A DNA stretch of 60,304 nt, the filler included, from Sphacelaria rigidula (Eukaryota), in NCBI GenBank assembly GCA_964200075.2. It is 9 parts of 9 records of this genome, joined end to end, with 100 filler letters (N's around TTAATTAATTAA, not from the genome) between each part and the next. Parts side by side here need not be neighbours in the genome. Positions count along the whole stretch, not along the records: positions 6,713 to 13,324 come from CAXNAA020019066.1; positions 13,425 to 20,036 come from CAXNAA020019067.1; positions 20,137 to 26,748 come from CAXNAA020019068.1; 6 more parts are not named here. One strand, written 5' to 3'. How positions within the stretch are numbered: position 1 is the stretch's first letter; every line of letters begins with the position of its first letter. The translations under genes were made by a program, and so were the position numbers. This document shows, piece after piece, positions 12,101-24,284 of this stretch. A model generated the notes under the pieces. It did no database searches, had not been told where the DNA came from, and saw nothing but the letters and a program-made list of their open reading frames with translations.

Positions 12101-12355
12101 TACACACGTACTACAGCTGTCTCAAAAGTAAAAAGTTCCTTCCATATCCGCCCACCCCATCTAAAACACTCTATAGCCGAAGTGTTTGCGTCCAAGATTG
12201 GGAGGACCAAACTGGAGAATGACACCCACATTCCACCTAACCCCTGAATTTGCCACCGTGTTGGATTGCATTGCCTGAATTTTTTACCGAGTTGGATTGT
12301 CGAGAACTCTACATTGTTTTAGGCACTGATGGGTGGGGGAAAAGGGAAGACACAA

Positions 12356-12880
12356 GGGGGGGGGGCAACTCGTTTGTTTCGAGCATCCAAGTAATTTTCT
12401 TAGTGCTGTCATCTATACCGTTTCCAACTCCTTCATCAACTTCGTTGCATCCAAGTAATTTTCTTAGCTGTTGCAATCTGTACTGTTTCCCACGTCTTCA
12501 CTGACTTCATTGCATCAAAGTACCCTCTTAGCTTCTGTCATCTGTACTGTTTCCAATTTCTTCGTCGACTTCACCCGGTGCTTTGCTGTGTCTAATTCTA
12601 ATATCAGGTCATCAATGAATAGGTAGAGTTGGTGATAACGTACATCCTGGTGCAACTCCTTTAAAAATATCGAAATATTTTTTTATTTCCCCGTCTAGCA
12701 TCATCGCACTTTTGGCACATTTCTGTCATCTTCACCATCGTCCACACCTTTCCTTTAATCCCAGTTCCCCATATATTTTCCCACAACCCATTGCTTTATA
12801 CTGCGTCATGAGCCTTTTGCATCTGTATCACCCCACAGTTTCTTCGACCCTGCCATCACACTCGAAGCACCCCGCTCCCC
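12356..12880 (-). mobile_element. Internally deleted LINE family B relic
   Basis: RT motif KYFDIFKGVAPGCTLSP (cf. GVxQGCxLSP); DNA similar to 55140-55200 and 55700-55900. Confidence 0.7.
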
Positions 12881-13324
12881 CACGTAGTGATGCCTTGAAG
12901 ATTTTGCTGATAGGTGCTACCTCCTGAAAAGGCTATAGCAGTGCTAAGCTGAAGCGCCAAGTGTATGATTATGGGAATCGCTTTCGGTGAGTACGATACG
13001 AAGATGGAGACTGGGAGGAGCTATCTCGCCGGGAACTCGAGCGCCCCAAGCTGGAACGGAGGAACCAAATATAGACTGCAGCCATCAACGTTTACGAGTA
13101 GCGGTTGTGTGATGTGGTATATGTTAGAAAATGAGGCTGTGGAGCCATGCTCTTCAACGCTTCGTATGGTATTGACTTCATATATATGTACTGTTGGGAT
13201 CGCAGGTACCGGTCACGAAGGTTTGGTCTGATGTGAGGGTATCATGTGGGACAGCAGTTGTGATACATGAATCACTCCTCGGTTGACCGTTCAACACGGT
13301 GGGTTGTTTGGACTGTCTTGCCCG

Positions 13325-13424
13325 NNNNNNNNNNNNNNNNNNNNNNNNNNNNNNNNNNNNNNNNNNNNTTAATTAATTAANNNNNNNNNNNNNNNNNNNN
13401 NNNNNNNNNNNNNNNNNNNNNNNN
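13325..13424. other. Artificial contig spacer
   Basis: N44-TTAATTAATTAA-N44. Confidence 0.98.
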
Positions 13425-14146
13425 GATGCCCCTGACTTTTATACGCCGTGCCGAGAAAGACACGGCCCCACAACGCAGCCAAGGAGATGAGTTTCTTCTG
13501 TCGAGGACCACTGCGGACCTGCTCGGGCAGGGGGCAACATCTCCTCCCTCACATTCCCAGACCTAGCTTGGGCGTTACCACGACGGTCTGAAAATGACAG
13601 GGGCAGTTGCTGTAGTTTTCTTCGATCAGAAGCAATCAGATATTCTTCCGTAGTGTGCTCCCACGTGAAGATATTTACCTTTCTTTGGCAGGCGCGTAAT
13701 CACCCTTGTGCAGAGTTTTCACTTGGTTCCATTACAGAACAGAGTGCGAGTTGCAATTTGTTTTTTTGTACGAATGGATCGCGGGTATTCTAGCCCTGTC
13801 GAGGCGTGGCTCGCATCGTACAGTCAGTTCTACAGTACTCGTTGTACTAGCACTGGGAATACACAGTGTCAACTTACAATTGCGCGGATACATACCGTGC
13901 AATAAACGCTTTCTGCATTCGTAGTGATAGATATCATTTCCCATCCGGCTGTCAAACGCGCGAAAGCTGGTCTGTAGCGCCAGGTATCTGCGCTGGCGTA
14001 GAGACCTCTTCTCCTTGTCCAAGGTCGTTCGCTCTCTTTAGTCTCAGGATATTTTAGGCCTTAGAGTATGACCGGCTGCGATTGACGCCGCGGATGATGA
14101 ATTATAATTTCAGTACGATGCCTCCACAACGTTAAAAGGAACAACA

Positions 14147-14170
14147 CTAACCCTAACCCTAACCCTAACC
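14147..14170. repeat. Interstitial telomere-type (CCCTAA)n, about 4 units
   Basis: ctaaccctaaccctaaccctaacc. Confidence 0.8.
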
Positions 14171-14261
14171 ATAGGGATGTTCAAATTTCCGATGCGGTCC
14201 TCTAAGCACAAGGTCCTCTCACGCATTACAAAGACAATCCAGGAGTGCATAGTCTGGTCGA

Positions 14262-16233
14262 GTGAGTTTTACTCAACATTACTCGACGGTGGATATTCTG
14301 GTCGGGTGAATTATACAACAAATCTGACTTGAGTCATGATGAGCTGCCCGACGTGTGAAAGTTTGTCTCAAAATGTCAACCTCAAACTTTCCAAAACTGG
14401 CCGCGCACAGCCGGTCGAGGGCAAAACATGCTTCAGGCTGACCCAGCTCGTACTGCTGTAAATGTGTTCATCGACCCCATTGTACACTTCTCGCTATGCT
14501 GCTGCTACAACCACTGCACTCTCTGTGCTTGATGCTCTGGCTGCTGAGAGTCCTCGCGCTCGCCTCCGGTTGATTTGAGAGACCCTAGAACATCATCGCG
14601 TGAAAATAACAGCGTGCTACGCGCGCTAATTTCACCACGAAATGTGATGGTGAGTAGTAGGTGCATGTCCCAACTAAGTGATAGATGCGATGCCTACTAC
14701 GACGTAGATACGACTATCGATCCGTCACGCGCGAGCAGAAAGTTTGCTGTGTAACCGCGGTGCATACTGTACGCGCTACTCACCAGTGCTTCACAGCAAG
14801 TTCGGTGGTCTCGTGGATCCGTGCTAGTTTGCGTTGTGTCCAGCTCTGGTGTTCCACGACACGTTGTGCGGACGAATGGGAAGTAAGTGACTTTTGTGCA
14901 GTACAGTAGTTGAGGTCCGACTCCAGCTCGGGAGGACACTGCACTGCACACATTGACAGGAACCAAACGCCAGGACTTTTCCATTTTTCTGAGGAATCAA
15001 TCAATCAAATTTGTAATTCAGGTATCTTCGAAGACTGGGTGAGGGAAGCCCCGAAGACCCGGACAGGACACGCATGTCGGGGGTATTTCAGCGAAGTAGC
15101 GCCCACGTTCATGATAAGAAGTGGATTCCGTGGCGCTTTTGAGTTGTTGATATTGAACAACAAGTGACGTCTGTGAAAAATTTGGATGTATCGGCCCAGC
15201 AGGTCGACTACAGAAAGGCGCAATAAACGCACTCATCCATCATGTAGGTGAAGGTGAGTTTTACTCAACATTACTCGGCGGTGGATATTCTGGTCGGGTG
15301 AATTATACAACAAATCTGACTTGAGTCATGATGAGCTGCCCGACGTGTGAAAGTTTGTCTCAAAATGTCAGCCTCCAACTTTCCAAAACTGGCCGCGCAC
15401 AGCCTGTCAAGGGCAAAACATGCTGCTTCAAGCTGACCCAGCTCGTACCACTGTGAATATGCTCATCGACCCCATTGTATACTTCTCGCTATGCTGCTGC
15501 TACAACCACTGCACTCTCTGTGCTTGATGCTCTGACTGCTGAGAGTCCTCGCGCCCGCCTCCGCGGTTGATTTGAGAGACCCTTGAACACCATCGCGTGA
15601 AAACAGCGTGCTACGCGCACTAATTTCAACTCAAAATGCGAGTAATAGGTGCATGTCCCAACTAAGTGATAAATGCGATGCCTACTACGACGTACATGCG
15701 ACCATGCATCAATCGACCCGTCACGCGCGAGCAGAAAGTTTGCTGTGTAACCGCGGTGCATACTGTACACGCTACTCACCAGTGCTTCACAGCAAGTTCG
15801 GTGGTCTCGTGGATCCGTGCTAGTTTGTGTTGTGTCCAGCTCTGGTGTTCCGCCACGACACGTTGTGCACTGGTCTGGGACGAATGGGAAGTGACTTTTG
15901 TACAGTAGTTGAGATCCGACTCCAGCTCGGGAGAACACTGCACTGCACACATTGAAAGTAACCAAACGCCAGGACTTTTCCATTTTTCTGAGGGATCAAT
16001 CAATCAAATTTGTAATTCAGGTATCTTCGAAGACTGGATGATGAGTGAAGCTCCGAAGACCCGGACAGTACACGCACATCGGGGGGTATTTCAGCGGAGT
16101 AACGCCCACGGTCATGATAAGAAGCGGATTCCGTGGCGCTTTTGAGTTGTTGATATTGAACAACACGTGACACCTCTGAAACCTTTGGATGTATCGGCCC
16201 AGCAGATCGACTACAGAAAGGCGCAATAAACGC
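14262..16233. repeat. ~1-kb tandem direct duplication (14262-15230 and 15254-16233)
   Basis: Both copies start gtgagttttactcaacattactc and end ggcgcaataaacgc; highly similar with small indels. Confidence 0.92.
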
Positions 16234-16300
16234 TGTGATGCATCATCGTACTTGTACGAGTAGTAGGTGAAATGATGAGATATTTTGTCCATTCGAGTAT

Positions 16301-16304
<4 letters not shown>

Positions 16305-16347
<43 letters not shown>
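16305..16347. repeat. (TG)n microsatellite
   Basis: Seen directly. Confidence 0.95.
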
Positions 16348-16350
<3 letters not shown>

Positions 16351-17928
16351 ACGGGTTCCAAATCTCCGAACCAAAGGACGGGAATATTTCAAACTTGAAT
16401 ACGAAGTATAATAGCCGATCCTCGGGATGTGATGGAAAGGACAAAGTCTATCCTTGATCATTCTGCCCATCTCGCACTGAATCCAATTCAATTTACGTGT
16501 CGGGTCTAACTCCAACATGCTCAATGTGATCGCGAACGTTGGTCGTGTTTCGTAAAGTAAGCAGCGCCGACTCGTATCCTGAACGCTTCCTCGCTCTGCG
16601 GTCGACCTCTATGTGTCTACTTCACTATACTGTATTTCGACCCATACACAGGCTAGTAGCTACAGGTTCTGGCAACAGGTAGCACAGCAGCCTGCCAGTC
16701 GGGCGCTCAGAATCAGGACGAAGAAAGTCTAACCTCGAGAGAGGTGCCTTTGCTGCCTGTTTTTATTGTATCATGAGCCCAGCTGTTCAGACCCACGTTC
16801 GAATTGCGGAAGACTCCCCGCCAATCACGCATATATGGCACATGAACGTCGCACTCCTCTAGTTAGAGGTTGAGGTACGTTACTGCTGTGGTGACTAACT
16901 GCGGATGTCGATTGTCCATGCTACAAGAAATGGAGTATGGGCATATTGAAAAACCCTAGTTGGAGAAAAAGCGAGCAACGGCATGCTACGTAGTACAGCA
17001 CGAAGAATCGCCAGGGCGCTCGAATACATCGAGCGGTAGTACGTTTTGTATACAACACAAACGATAAGTCCGGCTGCCCCCGAGGCAGACGACGAGTGGG
17101 AGATCGAGGTCCCCGTCCAAGATGTCGACAGCCGAGACCGGCAGGGGAGAAAGCCGCAACAAAAGAAGGAGGTGGTGATATCGTGTAGCCGAAACAGCAG
17201 TTGTGTCCCGGACAGCGGATGGATACAGCTGTAAAGCCGCAGAGTTCCGGTCGGAGACAAGGAAAGTAAGTGATGTTGGATGGCACTTGAATCATTATCA
17301 GCAATCATAAAGGAGTGAAGTAACTGATACACGATGAAAAAAGATCGATTGCAGAGACCACGGGGATGTTACGATCTTGGTCGTGCCGAAGGTCAATCTT
17401 CAGCTCTTCAGCCGTGGCAGAGGAGACACAGCATATATGTCTGTAACGTTCATGTCTACGCAATATTTCCAAGTTGGAAGTCGATCGTTTGACCACCAGG
17501 GTGTGTTATCTGGTTAATCTGCACATTGACAGTCATCAATTCGAAAATACATGGGAGGCCCAGATGATCCACCTGGTCGTCCAAGAGTTGGTTTTGCGCG
17601 TCAGACACTTTTTACGAGAGCCCTCCCCCCCAAACCAGCCGAAAGTGTCACGAAAAAAATGCCTATACAGCGCCTGATGTTCGGGTTCAGGCTGCATGAA
17701 GCGCCTCATCTTGGCGACATTGGCTAGAACGAACCCAAGCGTGAGAATTCCCAGCTTCCCCTTGTGCTCGGCTTTTCCCATTTCGATTTACGTAAAGATT
17801 TTGCCTCCAAAAACCATGCACTTTTTCGGGGGGGGGCTATCGTAGAAAGTGTCGTCAGCACCCGCAGATGAGCGCCCGAGTCCAACAATCTTTTCTCGAG
17901 TGAAAACTTACCCGATGTAGTAATATAT

Positions 17929-18585
17929 GCCGCCGAACCCCGGTGGTCTAACGACCCGACCGTCAATGTTCGGGGCGAGACGTGGGTTCGATTCCCGATA
18001 CGTCGGTGATTTTTTCTTCGTTTAAATATCACTGTCTGATTTCCACGGTCGAAGGCAAGGGTATGTCAGTGCACCAAGAGTACGTGATTGAGTTTGCTTG
18101 ACGAGAGTAGACGCGGTGCGGGAGTGCTGGCCCAATCCGCGGGAACAGAAGGTAAGACCTGTAACGGGGAGAGATGGGTGGTTGATGCCTTGAGACCATG
18201 GACTCGTCACGAGGAAGGGGTTCAAAGTGTGACAAGAAATAAAGAAGAAACGTAGATGACCACTCCTGGGCGTGCAAAAGGTTATGAACTCTCGAACCCC
18301 CAAGGTGGGTACCTGCAGCGCTGGTCCAATCCGCTAGACCAGAATAGAAGGCGTGTACCGATGAGAGATGGGCCGATCTCTTGGGACCATGGACTCGTCC
18401 CGAGGAAGGGGAGGGGCTCGAAGTGTGACAAAAAGAAAAAAAAAAACGCAGATGACCGCCGCTGGGTGACCAAACGCCTACTGGCCCTCTAACCGCGAAG
18501 GTGGGGGGCATGTCTAGGATCGGCACTATTTTTTGCTGAAATCAATGTCAGGAGCGCGGTGCCCACCCTGACGGTCAAGGGTTTA
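17929..18585 (+). mobile_element. tRNA-headed SINE-like element with duplicated core
   Basis: A-box-like tggtctaacga and B-box ggttcgattcc (17985-17995). The core gagagatggg...gaccatggactcgtc...gaggaagggg occurs twice. The 3' end is approximate. Confidence 0.6.
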
Positions 18586-19726
18586 ACTTGCAATAATACT
18601 GCACATGTCAGTAGGCATTGACTTCTCGGACGTGGTATACGAAAAAATATGCCACAACACGTTAACGGCTGCTGGCTCGTATATTGTATAGTCTATATAG
18701 TAGTCAGTCGACGATTAAGCCGCGAGCGTACATTGTCCGAGCGCGAGGCTCTCAGAAACGAAAGACGGCCGCCGACAATGCTAGATGCAGACCAGCTCTC
18801 CTCTGCCTCGATACGACCGCCGCTCGACCGGGGACGGGAACCGAACCCAACCAACAAACTAGCGTCACAAATACGACCGTAGAGGAGTGTGACATGACCC
18901 AGTGACTCATAGTACACTGCGCTGTTCCGTTGGGTGCTGTGACCCAATTCCGAGCCGCACACACGGGTTGTCGAAGCGGGTGCAATGCATGTTCGGACCG
19001 CGTGCTTGCAGGACCGTATCTGAGCTTGAGCACCCCGGCACCGACTCGTCGGCAAGACCGCTCGGGCCGGATGAGACAGGGGCCGCGCCCCGAGCACACC
19101 GGAGCCACGCTGTTGGTCGAGCCAGAGGTAGCGGCGCCAGGCGACGTGACTGCAGCGACACGACGACGACGCACTGTGCCCCGAAAAAGAGGACAGCAAG
19201 GATTTCAAAGCCATAAAATGCATGCACCAGTCACTCGCCTAGAAGTCACTTTCACATGTCTGTGTCTACAGTCATGCTCTTTTCGTGATGCACGGTAAGG
19301 CCAGGGTGAACAATATTTTTGTTTTCACCACCCTGCAAAAAATGGTCACCTGCCGACGTCGTATCGTGGACGTGCAAGGCCGTACTCGTGTGCACAACGA
19401 ACTTAGCTGCGGACAGCCTCAAAGGGGTCCCTCGATGACCATGTCATATGTGCCCAGGAACCATCGCCGATTAATTATTGGCGTCCATCGCATTTCGTTC
19501 ATCTTTCCAACGGGTCATCATCTTGTATGTATGTGGTGTCATATGCGGCGCACACCGAGTTGTCACATTTCGTACTCTTATTCTACTGCTAGAGCTATAT
19601 GGTCAACGATAGGGATGTTTTCATATAGTGCGGCACTTGAAAGATTTTTCTCGTCTCCCTTTGCTCAAAAACGAGGTGTGACGAAACTGTTATATATACT
19701 AAATATATATATATATTCATTTCATA

Positions 19727-19897
19727 CCAACTCTTTCGATGAGTCATGTGGTCGTATATAACGACTTGACGGTATGCAGGAGTGCGGATCTCCGTCCTGG
19801 TCGTGTTGTCCCCGAGTGAAGCCTTAGGATTCACCTTGACCACCTTGCGGTCCCGCTTGTTCTTGAACAGCAATCCTGCCTCACTGTCTGCAATGAC
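19727..19897 (-). pseudogene. CFAP299: Terminal exon of cilia- and flagella-associated protein 299 (C4orf22/DUF4464), possibly degenerate
   Basis: VIADSEAGLLFKNKRDRKVVKVNPKASLGDNTTRTEIRTPAYRQVVIYDHMTHRKS matches the CFAP299 C-terminus as I recall it. The expected acceptor reads CG and the expected stop reads TGG. Family identity is more certain than pseudogene status. Confidence 0.75.
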
Positions 19898-20036
19898 CGG
19901 GTATACAGAAGGGTCGATTGACGATAGAGGAGGAAGGGAAGTGTCCGTGTGCGTGAGAAGAGCGGGAGGGTGAAGGGGGTGGGGGGGGGGGGGGGGGGGG
20001 GGGTGTTTGTTTGGTTGGGTGTGTTTGTCTCAGAGA

Positions 20037-20136
20037 NNNNNNNNNNNNNNNNNNNNNNNNNNNNNNNNNNNNNNNNNNNNTTAATTAATTAANNNNNNNN
20101 NNNNNNNNNNNNNNNNNNNNNNNNNNNNNNNNNNNN
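20037..20136. other. Artificial contig spacer
   Basis: N44-TTAATTAATTAA-N44. Confidence 0.98.
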
Positions 20137-23011
20137 TACAAGCAAGCATAAATAAAGAAGAAAGAATGAAGAAAGGGAGTACATACTGTTGTTGAAAAAA
20201 AGAGTCGTACAACTTGTATCGTATATACTGTGTAGTAGAGGTGTCTCAAACTCGAGGTTCTCGGGTATATTTGATTGTAAGTTACTGTGAAATATAACAG
20301 GAACCTAGACTGTACTGCCTGTATTTGCAGTTCTTCGGAAGCGACCCTGTCGGATCTTTTCGGCAGAGGCGGGTTGGCCTGCTCGCAGGGATAGAATCAC
20401 GATCGAAGTGTCAACGACCAAACAGAAGCTAGGAGAAATAAAGGGACAGGACATTCAAGGCTTCAAAGGTTCCCACTTTTCCTCAAGAGTAGTAGCCGCC
20501 CCTGCAGCTCATTTCTTGTGGTATGAGTATGCGCCATGCACCCAGCTCTTGACAGTTATTTCTGCTTGGTTTAGTGACGCACACTTGCGCATTACCGACG
20601 GGATAAGTCACAAGCTTAGCCTTAGATCGCGATGCGGGTAGTCTATCTGGATCACGCATACTTTTTCGAGTGAAATTGATGACCTAACTTAGCGGTCAAA
20701 GATACATCTGTTGATATATACAGTCAGTCTCATTTACAAGTATGTGGTGGAATTTCCACCCTTGGACCACGAGGGTACGTCGTAGTCCATCGGGATCATG
20801 GACTATATTTTCAAGTGAAACTGATGCCGACACAACAGAGAGCCTACTCTCGATGTCTAACGGTTCAAGAGATTTGCGACTACGAGGGCTCGGATGAATA
20901 GCCCAAATTACCAGTGAAGAACAGTTGCCGCATATATACACCAAGAAGGTTTTGCAAGGGATGACCAATGTCACGGATGACCGGGGGAAATAGTGAGCGA
21001 GAGATCGGCAAAACTATACGTTCACGGACCAAGGGGAGCAAGCACACAGCAGGGCAATGAATTTGTCGAAATGATGAAATAACTCATGGTTATTCAAGGA
21101 TTTTGTGTGAACCCTCTCAACAAGGTGGATGTGAATCTACAGGGGACGGAGGTTGGGATAGTTTCAAAATTTGCCAAGCGAAAATTATCCTCACGTCGAA
21201 GTCGCCGTAGGGCGATTTGGCATAATGCCGAAAATAAATGAACGGCGATCTCACATGAAAATGAAATTAAGGAAACAAGAACGCTTCTGCCATAATTATT
21301 CTGATGGTATGCACGATCATTTTGTGTAGCTCCGCTTATGGAACGAAACGACAGAACGATGGGTGTCGCCCAGTCGCACATACAAAAAGCGTCAAAAAAA
21401 GCCGTGAGCAGGTGGCGCTTCCCTTGATTTGGATAGCTTTGGGGCCTCCAACGAGAATCAGGATACCCACGATACCGTAGCCCAATGTGAGGGGCGTTCA
21501 GTGTACCAGTGCGCCGTGTTTTTTGGGGGGTTTCATACTGCCAAACTAGTTTTGTTGTCATGTGACTGACTAAAAATTACAGTAGAACAAACGGTCGTCA
21601 ACACCCGCCCAGAATTCTTTCAGAGCCAAGCGAATTGCCGCTGCTTGCTCGAAAGCAGACGGTTTCGAGTCAAACATACTACACCTCATCTAGCCGAGTA
21701 GGGACACCCATCTGGAGGGTTCCTCCCGAGCCAGCCCCAACGTAAAGTAGACTGAGAGCCCCCGAACATGTACGATGTATGCAATGTCCCAGAAAAACTA
21801 GGTGTTGGCAAGCCGCAGGGCCCACGTCAATCAGAACGAGTGTTGAACACGCTGGTCGAGCCCGTGGACCGAGCTCTGCAAGGATCCGACTACATATTAT
21901 GACGGTTGGGAGTACTGCAAGCCCAATTACTCTTCAACGCCAAGTTGGGGAGTCACATTGAGGAGAACTGCACTTGAGTTCACAGGTTCGCATGCCGTAT
22001 CTCTGTGCCTTGTTCAGAACGACCCACCAAACTCTGTTTTGAAAATTTGGCACATGGCGTTGAGGGGTCATCACAAGCGGACATTCCATGTCAGAGATCT
22101 TTCCACTTCGTTCAATTTCATGAAAATTGTGTCGAAAAGAATGCTTCTGCGTCACCTGGTGCACAACGCAAACCTTACTCCTCGAGTGCCGGGATGGTCA
22201 CCCGAATCTTGCATGCATTTTTCCTCATGAAATGGTCCAGATCCAACCTATGACCATCCCCGGCGGCCGATGGGTCAACCGCCCAGAATCGAAGCAAGTA
22301 CATACATTTTGTATCGTATTATTTTTGGCGTAAACCTACATCCTTCCGAAGTCATCGAATGAAGTAACACAAACCAAAAGTCATGGAATCTTGTCGGTGC
22401 CTGACCTCCTAAAAAGGAATCTCAAACACGAGGCTCCTGCTGTTAAACACAACTGTCTAGCGGGGACTTCGGGCTTGAGCTATCTCCAGAGCGTGTGTAA
22501 CGACCGGGTTGAACATGGGGCCAGGTAGACAGCCGTAGGCCAATAGTAGATGCAGGTTGAGACAAACATCAAGCGAGTCAAACCACAGTATTCAGTGTTT
22601 TACACATCGAGCGTCACCCCCCCTCCCGAGCTTGTTGGCACTGACTGTACTGCACTCAATTATACCACTACTGCACGAGGTAGTAGCAGATGGAATTCTC
22701 GGCCACAGCGGCAGAGCAAAAATTCGCTCAACTATCATGTACGTATCAAACAAACTCCTTGAACAACATGCAACGAAAACACAAACACGAAAGAGGCGCT
22801 GTCGTTTTGTGCAAGGTTCGGCGATACGAGAATTTCTTTTCTTGTGTGTCCTCTTTACATAAAAACACCGTGCCGTGTATGAGGCAATCACTCAAAATCT
22901 TGAAAGGGGAAAGAGAGAGAGGGAGCGCGGGGAAAGAAACAAGCACAAACACAAACCTCAGTCTTGACCTCAGACACAAACCAAAACAAACAACAAAGTA
23001 CAAGAACTCAC

Positions 23012-24284
23012 CGGAGCCGGTCGTTCCCTCGCGTGCAGCACCACGGAGCACCACTTCGCCTCCGTCCTATCGATATCCTCAATAGGAATCTTGACTGTCT
23101 TCAAATAGGGCGGCAAAACGCCGCTGAACACAAGCATTTTCTCTTGCTCAGAGAATTTCATGTACTTCCGGCTCTTGCCGCCCCCGTACCCGGCGTGCTT
23201 CACTACCTGCAGGCCCCTTCCCTTGGAGCACAGCCTATCCAAGCCGGCCAAGGCGTCCTCGTCGCTAATCTCGTGCAGTACCGTGGGGGGGGTGACCTTA
23301 AGTCCAGACCCCCCAAAGTCTGAAGTTGTTACTATAGATGAGTCTGAAAGAGAGCGCTCCACTCGGTCAATACCTAGGATATCGTCGCTTGCAGCCAGGG
23401 GGAAACGAGATGGTGCCGACCGGTCGAGTTTTCCCGGCTCCCTCCGAGGCAGGACACGATTCCATACGCGCTGCGCCGCTTCGAGCTCTGTAAAGGTGGT
23501 GCTAGTCGAGGGCGATTCCCGATCTTCTTTCTCTTCCTCTTCTTCTTGGTGATCAATAACACTACGCTGGATATCGGGAGGAGGTTGATGAAACGAAACC
23601 TGCTGGTTTTGCCGGCGCGATTGTCGCCCATCGGCTGAAGATCGACGGCGTTTGTCGCCGTCATCGCTGCTGAGATTGCGGTGGTCGTTCCAGGCCTCCT
23701 GGCCAAGCACAACGCTGGCATCCTCCTGAACACCTTCCAGGTATCCCTTTCTCTGGCCCCGCCGTATCGCTTCTGACGCTTTCCCCGGAGGCACATGATT
23801 TGTTTCCGTCACCGATGTGGCAGCCACATCCGTGGGAGTTTTCGTTGTGCTCGAGCATGGCAGACCGGGGGCGTCGGGGACAGCGGGCGGGGAAACAACA
23901 ACCCTCGCTGGCACGCGGTCAGGAGGCGATGAATACCCCGTGGTGGTATGATTTTTGTGCTGCTTGACCGTTAGAGGCGCGGACCGCAGATTCTCAGCAG
24001 CGGGCTTGGTCCACGCAAGCGACTTGAAGCCATTGGCAATAGGTTTGGCGCTCATGGAAGTCATGTAGTATGCCTCGGTTTCGATGCTTGGGCTGCTTTC
24101 GCAAGTAAGTGGAACTGATTCCCCGCTGGATGATACCTTGGTGGTGTTCTCTGAAGACGTGGCTCCCATAGGCGCCTTCGCGGCCTCCGCGGCTGGCAGC
24201 GATTGTGCCGCGTGCCCGGGTTCACCCGTTGTCCGTGGTGACATTGTTGCCGGGGTGCCCTGACCGTACCACTGCGCTGTCACG
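23012..24284 (-). CDS. Large exon: disordered S/P/T-rich region followed by a PH-like domain
   Basis: Longest ORF in the window (437 aa); ctcctgcag| acceptor and CCG|gtgagt donor. GLQVVKHAGYGGGKSRKYMKFSEQEKMLVF...IPIEDI resembles PH beta-strands. Confidence 0.7.

Noticed and set aside
14147..14170. True telomere
   Set aside because: Only about 4 units, and internal to the contig.
17929..18005. Functional tRNA genes here and at 29911, 40846, 50208 and 56201
   Set aside because: A/B boxes are present but I could not form convincing cloverleafs, and most continue into repeat bodies; treated as SINE heads.
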